DNA of 64,000 bases from Candidatus Poribacteria bacterium (lineage in GTDB: Bacteria > Poribacteria > WGA-4E > WGA-3G). The position numbers and the translations under genes are program-made. The stretch's first letter is position 1. Every line of letters begins with the position of its first letter. Shown here piece after piece: positions 47,140-55,585 of the stretch. Under the pieces are notes generated by a model. That model saw nothing but the letters and a program-made list of their open reading frames with translations, was not told the origin of the DNA and searched no databases. The stretch covers positions 6,059 to 70,058 of the forward strand of contig VXPE01000117.1 of assembly GCA_009839745.1 (NCBI GenBank), given 5' to 3'.

Positions 47140-48627
47140 ATGAATATTATTGTTAAAACGGGTGGGTTTGCCCAAGAGCAGACGGATGTCATTGCCCTCG
47201 GTATCTTGGAAAACCCAGATTTCTATAGCGCGCCTCTCCAGAACATAGAACAGGCACTCGGTGGGCGGATTCGTGAAGTGATGAACCTCGGCGATTTCAC
47301 AGGTAAACACAAAACCACCAATTGGCTCTATACAAACGGCACTATCACGGCACCGCGGGTGCTGTTGGTCGGGTTGGGTGAATATCACGATCTTACTGTC
47401 GAGAAGGTACGTGAGGCAGCAGGAACTGCCGCGAAAGCGATCCGCGATAAGGGGTTGCGGACCGCCGCAATTCCGATTCCCATCGAAGCGACGCCTGAAA
47501 TGATTCAAGCTGCCGCAGAAGCAAGCCTTCTTGCACTCTACCAGTTCAACGAACACAAAACGGACACCGATGATGACGATAAACAAAAGAAACTTGAATC
47601 TATTACGTTTTTAGTTGACAACGATCAAATTAAAACAACCGTAGAAGATGCCGTGGCGCGCGGACAAACGATAGCCAACGGCACGCTTCTCGCTCGAGAC
47701 CTCAGTAACCAACCCGCGAACTATCTCACACCGATACAACTCGCTGAAAAGGCACAAACTGTCGCAGAAACAGCAGGACTCAATTGCGAAATATTTGACA
47801 AAGCGACCCTTGAGGAGAAAGGGTTCCGGACGCTCCTCGCTGTCGCACAGGGGAGTGTAGAAGAACCGAGATTCATCATTCTGGAATACACGCCGGATGG
47901 CGAAGGTCAAGACACTGTCGTGCTTGCTGGAAAAGGGATTACTTTCGACACGGGGGGTATCTCGCTCAAAGGTGGAAGTGGTATGCACGAGATGAAGCAC
48001 GATATGTCGGGTGCGGCTGCAGTGCTCGGGGCAATGCAGGCGATCGGTCATCTGAAGCCAAACGTCCGCGTCATCGGTGTGATTGCGGCGACTGAGAATA
48101 TGCCGAGTGGGACTGCTGTGAAACCGGGTGATGTCGTTACTTCTTACGGTGGCAAAACGATTGAGATCCTCAACACTGATGCTGAGGGACGGTTGGTGTT
48201 GGCAGATGCGCTTGGATGGGTGACGCAGTATAATCCGAAGGGGGTTGTTGACTTAGCCACGCTCACGGGTGCCGTAATTACCTGTTTAGGACATATCGCG
48301 GCAGGCGCGATGACTACGGATCCCGAACTCATGGCGAAAGTGAAATCGGCAGCCGTGAAGACACATGAACGGGTCTGGGAATTACCGCTCTGGGACGATT
48401 ACGATGAAGGGGTTAAAAGCAAGGTCGCGGACGTTCAGAATATCGGTGACGGCACTGCTGGGACGATTGCGGGCGGTGCGTTCCTGAAGAAATTCGCGGA
48501 AGGCTATCCGTGGGTTCATCTCGATATCGCTGGCACTGCTTGGGGGATGAAAGGTTCCTCCTATATCCCTGAAGGTGCGTCCGGCTACGGCGTGCGGTTG
48601 CTGGTGCAACTGGTCGAGGATTGGTAG
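47140..48627 (+). CDS. pepA: Leucyl aminopeptidase (M17)
   Basis: VLAGKGITFDTGGISLK, NTDAEGRLVLADAL and HLDIAGTAW are canonical M17 motifs. Confidence 0.92.
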   Translation: MNIIVKTGGFAQEQTDVIALGILENPDFYSAPLQNIEQALGGRIREVMNLGDFTGKHKTTNWLYTNGTITAPRVLLVGLGEYHDLTVEKVREAAGTAAKAIRDKGLRTAAIPIPIEATPEMIQAAAEASLLALYQFNEHKTDTDDDDKQKKLESITFLVDNDQIKTTVEDAVARGQTIANGTLLARDLSNQPANYLTPIQLAEKAQTVAETAGLNCEIFDKATLEEKGFRTLLAVAQGSVEEPRFIILEYTPDGEGQDTVVLAGKGITFDTGGISLKGGSGMHEMKHDMSGAAAVLGAMQAIGHLKPNVRVIGVIAATENMPSGTAVKPGDVVTSYGGKTIEILNTDAEGRLVLADALGWVTQYNPKGVVDLATLTGAVITCLGHIAAGAMTTDPELMAKVKSAAVKTHERVWELPLWDDYDEGVKSKVADVQNIGDGTAGTIAGGAFLKKFAEGYPWVHLDIAGTAWGMKGSSYIPEGASGYGVRLLVQLVEDW

Positions 48628-48629
48628 TC

Positions 48630-48760
48630 TATAGTTGTCGGTTATTGGTTATCGGTTATCAGTTAAAGAGATTCTTGACTGAACCAAACCGCCTCTTTAA
48701 ACGACGACCGAAAGGAAATCTGCTGCGCAGATTTCCGTACTGACAACCGACAACCATCCA
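48630..48760. repeat. Heptamer-array inverted-repeat element (copy E) with a central strong hairpin
   Basis: agttgtcggttattggttatcggttatcagttaaagag ... ctctttaa ... gtactgacaaccgacaaccatcc. Lies between convergent pepA and leuA. Confidence 0.7.
48714..48736. terminator. Possible bidirectional terminator hairpin between pepA and leuA
   Basis: Perfect 10-bp stem ggaaatctgc/gcagatttcc with a 3-nt loop. There is no clear U-tract on the plus strand and TTTC on the minus strand. Confidence 0.4.
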
Positions 48761-50314
48761 CTATCCTTCGGAACGGATCTGGATTAACTTATTAACAGCG
48801 TGGATGTAAGCCCGCGCGCTCGCCTCAATGATGTCCGTGCTGGCACCGTGCCCCGTGATGATGTTTCCGTTGTCCTGTACCTTTAGCGAAACTTCACCGA
48901 TAGCGTCTTCACCTTCGGTTACGGAACGGATCTGATAGTCGATGAGGTTTAGTTGAATATCGACAATTTGGCTAATCGCCTTAAACGCCGCATCCACCGG
49001 TCCATCTCCAGTTGAGGCTCTCTCGACCACACCATTTTCCGTCCGAACACCGACCGTCGTTGTCGGTGAGATTCTCGTTCCACTGACGACTTGGATATAA
49101 TCCAACTCAAAAACAGCCGGGATCGAGCGAATCTCATCGCTCATGATCGCCTCAAGGTCGGCATCCTGGACTGCCTTTTTCTTATCAGCGACCCTCAGGA
49201 ATCTTTCATAGACTTGGTCCAACTGATCCGCGTCCACTTCGTAGCCGAGCTCGTTGAGTCGGTGTCGGAGGGCATTGCGTCCGGAACGCGGGCTGAGAAC
49301 TAGTTGACTCTCTTTCCAGCCGATCTCTTTCGGATCAATGATTTCAAAGGTCACGCGCGATTTGATAATACCGTCCTGATGGATACCCGAACTGTGTGCG
49401 AATGCGTTTGCACCGACGATCGCCTTGTTGGGTTGAACGGCAATACCCATCGTCCGACTCACACGTCGACTGATCGGGACGATTTCCTTCGCGTTAATCT
49501 CTGTGTAATACGCTTTGAAGTAATCCCGTCGGGTTCGGATTGCCATGACAACCTCTTCCAGTGAGGTATTACCAGCACGTTCTCCGAGTCCGTTGATCGT
49601 GCACTCCACCTGCCGCGCCCCTTGCTCAACCGCTATGAGACTGTTCGCGACTGCTAAACCGAGGTCGTTATGACAGTGAACACTAATAATGGCATCGTTA
49701 ACATTCGGGACATTCTCCATGATGCCTTTAATCAAGTCCCCGAATTCTGTCGGCACTGTCCATCCGACGGTTTCTGGGATATTGACGACGGTTGCCCCCG
49801 CTGCGATGGTTGCTTCAACGACTTCATAAAGAAACGCTAATTCCGTGCGTCCCGCGTCCATCGGTGAGAATTCAACATTCGCGTCTGGGTGTCCTTCACA
49901 CAAACTCTTTGCATAAGCGACTGCGTCGGTTGCCATTCGAAGTGTATCTTCAGGGGTCGTCCGTGTGATACGTCCCATGTGAATCGGTGATGTTCCCACA
50001 AAAGTGTGGATACGGGCACGTGGAGCGTCCTTAATAGCTTGCCATGCGGCAGTAATGTCCTTCTCCACAACACGAGAGAGGGCACAGATCTCCGGTCCTT
50101 CAACTTCGTTAGCTATCCGTTCGACGGCATCGAAATCTCCCGGTGACGAGATCGGGAATCCGGCTTCAATAATATCAACATTTAATTTGGCGAGGTGCTT
50201 GGCAATCTCCAGTTTTTCCGCAATACCGAGAGCAGCACCGGGGGTCTGTTCAGCATCGCGAAGTGTTGTATCGAAAATATAGACTTTCTGCGGGTTGTTT
50301 TGAAAATCGTCCAA
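48761..50314 (-). CDS. leuA: 2-isopropylmalate synthase
   Basis: VYIFDTTLRDAEQ, HCHNDLGLAVANSL and the C-terminal LeuA dimerisation/regulatory domain. I place the start at TTG 50314 (GGAGG 9 nt upstream). The 57-codon extension in the track (to 50485) runs through repeat sequence and overlaps aroF. Confidence 0.9.
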   Translation of the reverse strand: MDDFQNNPQKVYIFDTTLRDAEQTPGAALGIAEKLEIAKHLAKLNVDIIEAGFPISSPGDFDAVERIANEVEGPEICALSRVVEKDITAAWQAIKDAPRARIHTFVGTSPIHMGRITRTTPEDTLRMATDAVAYAKSLCEGHPDANVEFSPMDAGRTELAFLYEVVEATIAAGATVVNIPETVGWTVPTEFGDLIKGIMENVPNVNDAIISVHCHNDLGLAVANSLIAVEQGARQVECTINGLGERAGNTSLEEVVMAIRTRRDYFKAYYTEINAKEIVPISRRVSRTMGIAVQPNKAIVGANAFAHSSGIHQDGIIKSRVTFEIIDPKEIGWKESQLVLSPRSGRNALRHRLNELGYEVDADQLDQVYERFLRVADKKKAVQDADLEAIMSDEIRSIPAVFELDYIQVVSGTRISPTTTVGVRTENGVVERASTGDGPVDAAFKAISQIVDIQLNLIDYQIRSVTEGEDAIGEVSLKVQDNGNIITGHGASTDIIEASARAYIHAVNKLIQIRSEG

Positions 50315-50339
50315 GGCTCTATTCCTCCAAATATTTGAT

Positions 50340-50456
50340 TTTGTATTTCTTGGGTGGCAGTCAGTTGTCGGAAACCATCGGCAGTCGATAACTTGCTCGT
50401 GAGAGTTAGAAACATTCGTAACTCCCACGAATTTCCTGCTGACCGCCGACCGCCAT
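50340..50456. repeat. Heptamer-type inverted repeat in the aroF-leuA spacer
   Basis: ggcagtcagttgtcggaaacc ... cctgctgaccgccgaccgcc (approximate reverse complements). Confidence 0.5.
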
Positions 50457-51482
50457 TTACATTTCGCGACCAACGGCGACAGCAATCGCTTTCAATTCCT
50501 GCATCAAGGTCTCAAACTGATCTGGGAACAGCGACTGCGCCCCATCCCCCGTCATTGAATGATCTGGATCGTGATGAACTTCCAGTAGCAAACCATCAGC
50601 GCCTGCTGCCACAGATGCCTTTGTCATATCACACACGAGACTTCGGATACCGGTGCCGTGGCTCGGGTCAACGATAATAGGCAGATGGCTCAGTTCGTGA
50701 ATAACAGGCACAGCATTCAGATCAAGCGTGTTGCGGGTGTGCGTTTCAAAGGTTCGAATACCGCGTTCACAAAGAATGACATCGGGATTGCCTTCTGCGA
50801 GGATATACTCAGCAGCAAGGAGCCATTCCTCAATTGTCGCGGACATCCCACGCTTGAGGATGACAGGTTTCTGTGCGCGTCCGACTTCACGCAACAGATA
50901 GAAGTTCGTCATGTTCCGCGTGCCGAGTTGGAACATATCTGTATATTCACCGACGAGTTCGACTTCGTGGGGTGTCATGACCTCGGTGACGATGCCAAGC
51001 CCGGTTTCGGCTTTCGCTGCCTCCAGCATTTTAAGAGCTTCTTCGCCGTAGCCTTGGAAACTATACGGTCCGGTTCTGGGTTTAAAGGCACCCCCTCTGA
51101 TGAAACTCGCGCCGGCGTGTCGGACCTGCCGTGCAATGGTTACGATCTGTTCCGTGCTTTCTACTGCACACGGACCGGCAATGACGGGGACCTGACGTCC
51201 CCCGATTTTTGTGCCGTTGACGCCAATAACCGTCGGTTCATCCCGAAACTCACGGCTTGCCAATTTGAACGGTGCCGTAATTGGCATCGTTCGATCGACA
51301 CCAGACATTGACTCTATCGGAATATCACCAAGCAATGTTTTATCTCCTATGACACCGATGACAGTGTGTCTTTCACCGACTGAGACTTGTGCCTTCAATC
51401 CGGCGTTTTCGATCCGTTTTACAACGGCATCGACATCTGCTTGTGTCGCATCGGTCTTGGTAACGATTACCATGCTTTTCAA
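50457..51482 (-). CDS. aroF: 3-deoxy-7-phosphoheptulonate (DAHP) synthase, type I-beta with N-terminal ferredoxin-like regulatory domain
   Basis: [21 protein letters not shown] and IVDPSHG (KDO8P/DAHP I-beta family) preceded by an ACT/FL-like domain of about 70 aa ([26 protein letters not shown]). Confidence 0.9.
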   Translation of the reverse strand: MKSMVIVTKTDATQADVDAVVKRIENAGLKAQVSVGERHTVIGVIGDKTLLGDIPIESMSGVDRTMPITAPFKLASREFRDEPTVIGVNGTKIGGRQVPVIAGPCAVESTEQIVTIARQVRHAGASFIRGGAFKPRTGPYSFQGYGEEALKMLEAAKAETGLGIVTEVMTPHEVELVGEYTDMFQLGTRNMTNFYLLREVGRAQKPVILKRGMSATIEEWLLAAEYILAEGNPDVILCERGIRTFETHTRNTLDLNAVPVIHELSHLPIIVDPSHGTGIRSLVCDMTKASVAAGADGLLLEVHHDPDHSMTGDGAQSLFPDQFETLMQELKAIAVAVGREM

Positions 51483-51592
51483 CTACCTCCGCCTTTTTAA
51501 TGGTTTTCAGTTTTCAGTTAAGAGGTTTTTCGTTTACCAATTCTCTCTTTATACTGATGACTGACAACCGATAACCATTCTTTCGATAAATG
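51483..51592. repeat. Heptamer-array element (copy G) upstream of aroF
   Basis: tttttaatggttttcagttttcagttaagag ... ctgatgactgacaaccgataaccatt. Confidence 0.6.
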
Positions 51593-52417
51593 ATGACCAG
51601 TACACCGAAAAATAATTCTGTCTGTCGCAAATCAAACTCGGTTAAAAAAAATACCCAACATTGAAATCTATTTCAACGCCGGGTGGTGATAATTGAATCC
51701 GTTAGTTTTTGTATTATGGGCATCGCCTACGAACCTTCACCACCTGTCGTTGCTGTACAAATATAAGTACAGATAAAGATACAGATACAATCCAAAAAAG
51801 CCTGCAAACACGCCACGGCTTGTAAACGGGGTAAAAAGAGACCATACGTAGCGGGAAGTGTTCCGTGAAGAGACTGGAGCCATCCGGACATGAGGTATCT
51901 GTACTGTGGTTGTATTCCGTTGAAGCGTTCGCATTATCAAGTTCCTAAAAATGAGGCAGTCAAAAGCCTCGCCCTTAATGTTCTGCAAGCAAAGTCCGCT
52001 ATTAGCGCGGATATTTTTATTATTATAACCCAACTTGCTACCTATGTGATTTTAGACGCATGAACACCGTTCTTCAGCCAAAAGCGATCATTTTTGTGAA
52101 AAACTGAGTGCATTCCCTGCCATTTTCAGCACGAAGAGGCACAGGCTAACGGTCTCCTATGCTACAAACTGGCAACTTAGGTTATTATAACGTAAGACGT
52201 TATTTCTGGAAAAGCGTTTAAAATTTCGCAGGGAATAGCGTTTTGAAAAGGGACGCTGTGATTTCCTGTAAAACAGTTAAATCTATTATATAATAACACA
52301 CTTTTTTATGCAAGTCAAATTTCTTTTTTCCAACCGTAGGCGTGAAGTCAATCCGCACCTAATAAAATAGCATTGACTCGTAAATTGAGATGTGCTAATA
52401 TACCAAAAGAGGAAACT

Positions 52418-53080
52418 ATGGAGAGAACTATGCCGAAACAAGAACATTTTACACCGATTACCCTTGGGATTATGGGCGGGTCTGCTTCTGGAAAGACAAC
52501 GTTCGCGAGTGCCTTAGCGGAACAACTCACGGAATACTCGCCTGTCGTGCTAAATCAGGACTCCTATTTTCGCGACTGGTCGGAATACTCCGAGGCAGAA
52601 CGGGAACGCGTCATTACTGCGAATCACCCGGATGCCGTTCTATGGGATGCTCTCATCGCAGACATCAAGAAACTCCGCGATGGCGATGTGATCTACACAC
52701 CCACCCCGGGCACGCGTGCCGCGCAACGCAGTGCAGAAAAAACGAGCGTGCAACCGAGCGAAGTCGTCATTGTGGAAGGACACCTCATCTTCTGGAGTGA
52801 AGATTTACGAGACTTGATGGATATCAAACTGTTCCTTGATGTAGATGCGCATGAACGGGTCCTGCGACGAATGCTCCGTGATGTCGCACAACGCGGCGGT
52901 GATTTGGAGTGGGCTATCAACTGGTATCGGCGCGATGTCCTTCCTAATTTTCCAGTCTATACCGAACCCTGCAAGCAATACGCTGATCTGATTATCCCCT
53001 TTCAAGATGAAAACCCGGTTGCCTTGCGCACGCTTGTTGCCGGAATTCGCGCTCGAATCAAAGAAAATGGATCGGCTTAG
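52418..53080 (+). CDS. udk: Uridine kinase
   Basis: IMGGSASGKTTFA (P-loop) and ...VIVEGHLIF... are the typical Udk/PRK family layout. ATG 52418 follows AGAGGA (the track starts at TTG 52373). Confidence 0.8.
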   Translation: MERTMPKQEHFTPITLGIMGGSASGKTTFASALAEQLTEYSPVVLNQDSYFRDWSEYSEAERERVITANHPDAVLWDALIADIKKLRDGDVIYTPTPGTRAAQRSAEKTSVQPSEVVIVEGHLIFWSEDLRDLMDIKLFLDVDAHERVLRRMLRDVAQRGGDLEWAINWYRRDVLPNFPVYTEPCKQYADLIIPFQDENPVALRTLVAGIRARIKENGSA

Positions 53081-53303
53081 CGGTTAAGAGTCGCGGCAAA
53101 AATTTCTATCTCTCCCTTTCTACCCATCAAAGTCATTTTGACATCCACCCAATGCCATAGCGGCACAGACGATGCCAATTTGGCAAACCCGTTTTTCCGT
53201 CCTATTCTCTCAAGGTTCCCATGTTTTCGGCAGGGCTGAGTCCCACTCGCGCCTTCTACCATGCTTTATTGGTGGGTTTTAGAATTAATTGAACACGCTA
53301 CAC

Positions 53304-53336
53304 CACAGCGAGGTTAGGCAACCTCGCCTACCGGGG
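53304..53336. repeat. REP-like hairpin (copy c, divergent)
   Basis: cacagcgaggttaggcaacctcgcctaccgggg; 8-bp stem gcgaggtt/aacctcgc. Confidence 0.5.
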
Positions 53337-53414
53337 ACGGTGACGCTGCGGTGCAAGTTCCCGATGAAATGTTCACGTATTTTCGGACTTTACTAGAAAA
53401 ATAAAAGGCAGTTT

Positions 53415-53429
53415 TGGCACGGAATTTGC
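53415..53429 (+). promoter_or_regulatory. Sigma-54 promoter 1 upstream of hsp20
   Basis: TGGCACGGAATTTGC, exact TGGCAC-N5-TTGC. Confidence 0.7.
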
Positions 53430-53479
53430 TCTATATGCAAACAGTGAGGCAAATACCTTCAGATTGCCTCAGAAAAGAT

Positions 53480-53494
53480 TGGCACGAAAATTGC
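53480..53494 (+). promoter_or_regulatory. Sigma-54 promoter 2 upstream of hsp20
   Basis: TGGCACGAAAATTGC(A), exact TGGCAC-N5-TTGC. Confidence 0.7.
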
Positions 53495-53502
53495 AATCCA
53501 TT

Positions 53503-53517
53503 TGGCATAGAACTTGC
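53503..53517 (+). promoter_or_regulatory. Sigma-54 promoter 3 upstream of hsp20
   Basis: TGGCATAGAACTTGC(A). GG and GC are correctly spaced. Lies 42 nt upstream of the hsp20 ATG. Confidence 0.65.
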
Positions 53518-53558
53518 ATCTAACATCTACAGAAACAAAAATCAAAAGGAGAAAGAAA

Positions 53559-54011
53559 ATGACTTACTTGACCTTACGCAGACCGATGAGAAATCCGTTC
53601 AGTTTCCACAACGAGGTGGGACGGATTTTTGGAGACTTCTTCGCTTCTCATGAAGGGCGGACAGATACAGAGGAAACCTCTTGGATACCCACGGTGGACA
53701 TCTCTGAAACGGAAAACGGATATGAAATTCGAGCCGAACTTCCCGGTGTCTCCGAAGATGATGTCAATGTCTCCGTAACCGACAACGTCCTCACCCTTAA
53801 AGGCGAGAAACGGCAGGAAGCGGAAACGGAAGGCAAAAATTACCGCCGTGTAGAAAGACGATACGGCAGTTTCCAGCGGAGATTCACACTCCCATCGGAA
53901 GTAAAGACGGACGACATCAAAGCCGAATTTGGCGACGGTGTGTTGACGCTCTCCATCCCGAAGCCGGAAGCCGTGAAACCGACCGAGATTCCTATCACAA
54001 CTGCATCCTAA
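53559..54011 (+). CDS. Hsp20/alpha-crystallin family small heat-shock protein
   Basis: WIPTVDISETENGYEIRAELPGVSEDDVNVSVTDNVLTLKGEK...ERRYGSFQRRFTLP...GVLTLSIPK is the classic ACD sequence. ATG 53559 follows AAAGGAG. Confidence 0.92.
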   Translation: MTYLTLRRPMRNPFSFHNEVGRIFGDFFASHEGRTDTEETSWIPTVDISETENGYEIRAELPGVSEDDVNVSVTDNVLTLKGEKRQEAETEGKNYRRVERRYGSFQRRFTLPSEVKTDDIKAEFGDGVLTLSIPKPEAVKPTEIPITTAS

Positions 54012-54033
54012 TACGTTTACCATAACACAAAAT

Positions 54034-54080
54034 AAAGAAGGCTGGCGCGTGAATGTGCCAGCCTTCTTTATTTTAATTTT
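54034..54080 (+). terminator. Rho-independent terminator of hsp20
   Basis: 13-bp perfect stem aaagaaggctggc/gccagccttcttt with a 10-nt loop, followed by attttaatttt. Confidence 0.85.
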
Positions 54081-54175
54081 ACCTTGCGGAGGAACAACGT
54101 GCGTTCTATCTATTACGTGCGTTTCTTAAACTCGCCTGCGCCGTTGTTGCAGGCTACCCGATGCCTGCTACGCCT
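54071..54175. mobile_element. MITE-family copy (left end plus short core)
   Basis: ttttaattttaccttgcgg...ctcgcctgcgccgttgttgcaggctacccg. Same terminus and GCCTGC/GCAGGC hairpin core as 5527 and 36835. Confidence 0.65.
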
Positions 54176-54600
54176 CTCCTTTGTCTTTGACACTCCCACA
54201 CGTAAACGAGTAGGATTCTTGCTTCCGTCTCTCGTGCCTCTGATTGAGGACTTACTTGGACTCCACAAGCGTTTAGACTCTCGGTCTGCCCGACCGCGAG
54301 GTATTTGGCGAGAAACGAAAGAGGGGTAAAGGTATTTTAACCGAAATATATGTTCTTCGTTTCTCTAATGTTTTGAGTGATTTCGCACCAGCACCACACA
54401 CCTTTCCACGGGTGAGGGATAGGACCCAATCAGAGATTGATTGGGGTGGAAACCCTATCCACGATGCTGGTATCATTATACCACAAAAGCGCGGTGTTTG
54501 TCGAGTTTTTTTACTCGAAAAAGTACGAATCACGTGGGTTGGACCCCGGGGAATGCCATAAGGCATTCATACCGTTGATTTGTCTAAAGCATTCGGATTG

Positions 54601-55263
54601 TTAAGTGCTATCCTTCAAGACGCCGATATAGAGAAGTGCGGCGAGGATTGCCCCGATAAACGGTCCTACGAAATAGAGCCAGATGTCTGCGTAGTTACCA
54701 CTGACAACAGCAGGTCCCAGCGTCCGCGCCGGATTGAGCGAAGCTCGTGTCAAGGGTCCCCCCATGACGATGCAAAACATCAGACCTAACCCGATAGTGA
54801 GTCCTGCGAAGTTCCCCGCTTTTCCGCTCACGGCGGTATTGAAAATGGTATTGACGAGGAAGAAGGTGAGTACGATTTCGACGATAAGCCCTTGTGTTGC
54901 AGTAACCGTGAAGGCCCCACCATTCGCCTCTGTGGTTAGAATCGTCACGCCCAGATCGCCAGGATCAGGTAGCACGACGTTAAGCAGCACTGCCCCCAAA
55001 ATTCCGCCAAGAAACTGCCCAATCCAATAGCCGATAGCTACGACAAATTCTATTTCACCTGCTATCAAGAAGCCCAGCGTCACAGCTGGATTGATATGTG
55101 TACCGGAGATATGCCCATACGCGTAAATAAACGCTATAACAACGAAGCCGTGGGCGAATGCTGCCCCGATTAAGCCACCTGCACCTATCGCTACTGCGCC
55201 TGCACCGATGAAGATCAGTGCGAAGGTTCCAACAAACTCGGCAATTAAGTTTTTCGTATTCAT
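54601..55263 (-). CDS. aqpZ: Aquaporin (MIP family)
   Basis: Two NPA boxes (HINPAVTLG and SLNPARTLGP) and six TM segments in 220 aa. Confidence 0.92.
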   Translation of the reverse strand: MNTKNLIAEFVGTFALIFIGAGAVAIGAGGLIGAAFAHGFVVIAFIYAYGHISGTHINPAVTLGFLIAGEIEFVVAIGYWIGQFLGGILGAVLLNVVLPDPGDLGVTILTTEANGGAFTVTATQGLIVEIVLTFFLVNTIFNTAVSGKAGNFAGLTIGLGLMFCIVMGGPLTRASLNPARTLGPAVVSGNYADIWLYFVGPFIGAILAALLYIGVLKDST

Positions 55264-55585
55264 GAAACTCCGCTATGAGTATCCTACTCTAAAATGGTAA
55301 AATCTGTTGGATTGATACCTTCTTGTTTCGGTTATTCCAGCCTTCCAGTGTTGGAATAACTTGTGTACTGCATCCATTGAAACCCAATTGTTTCCCAATA
55401 TGTGCGATGATAAATTTATTATACCTTAATTTTACATCAAACTTTGGACAATATTATAGCATTTATGTGGCTTCGTCAAAAGTTCCAATGGTATCGCGTA
55501 GTTAAAAATTGTGGACATTCAATCTATGCTATGCTATGCTAAACACCACAGAATTTCATAGATATTACACAACAGAGGAGAAACG

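Noticed and set aside
50315-50485. N-terminal 57-codon extension of leuA in the track
   Set aside because: The extension reads through heptamer-repeat sequence and overlaps aroF. A TTG with a GGAGG RBS at 50314 gives a LeuA N-terminus of the usual length, just before VYIFDTTLRDAEQ.
50658-51311. 217-aa plus-strand ORF
   Set aside because: It is antisense to the well-supported DAHP synthase gene and has no recognisable motifs. It is a shadow ORF.
51737-52033. 98-aa minus-strand ORF ending in LYLYLYLYLYLY
   Set aside because: The tail derives from a short AT-rich tandem repeat (acagata/aagatac). It has no RBS and no recognisable domain, and it lies in a region better explained as non-coding.
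54084-54566. Three overlapping small ORFs (81, 97 and 62 aa) between hsp20 and aqpZ
   Set aside because: They are mutually overlapping on both strands, lack an RBS, and sit inside MITE or hairpin-rich sequence.
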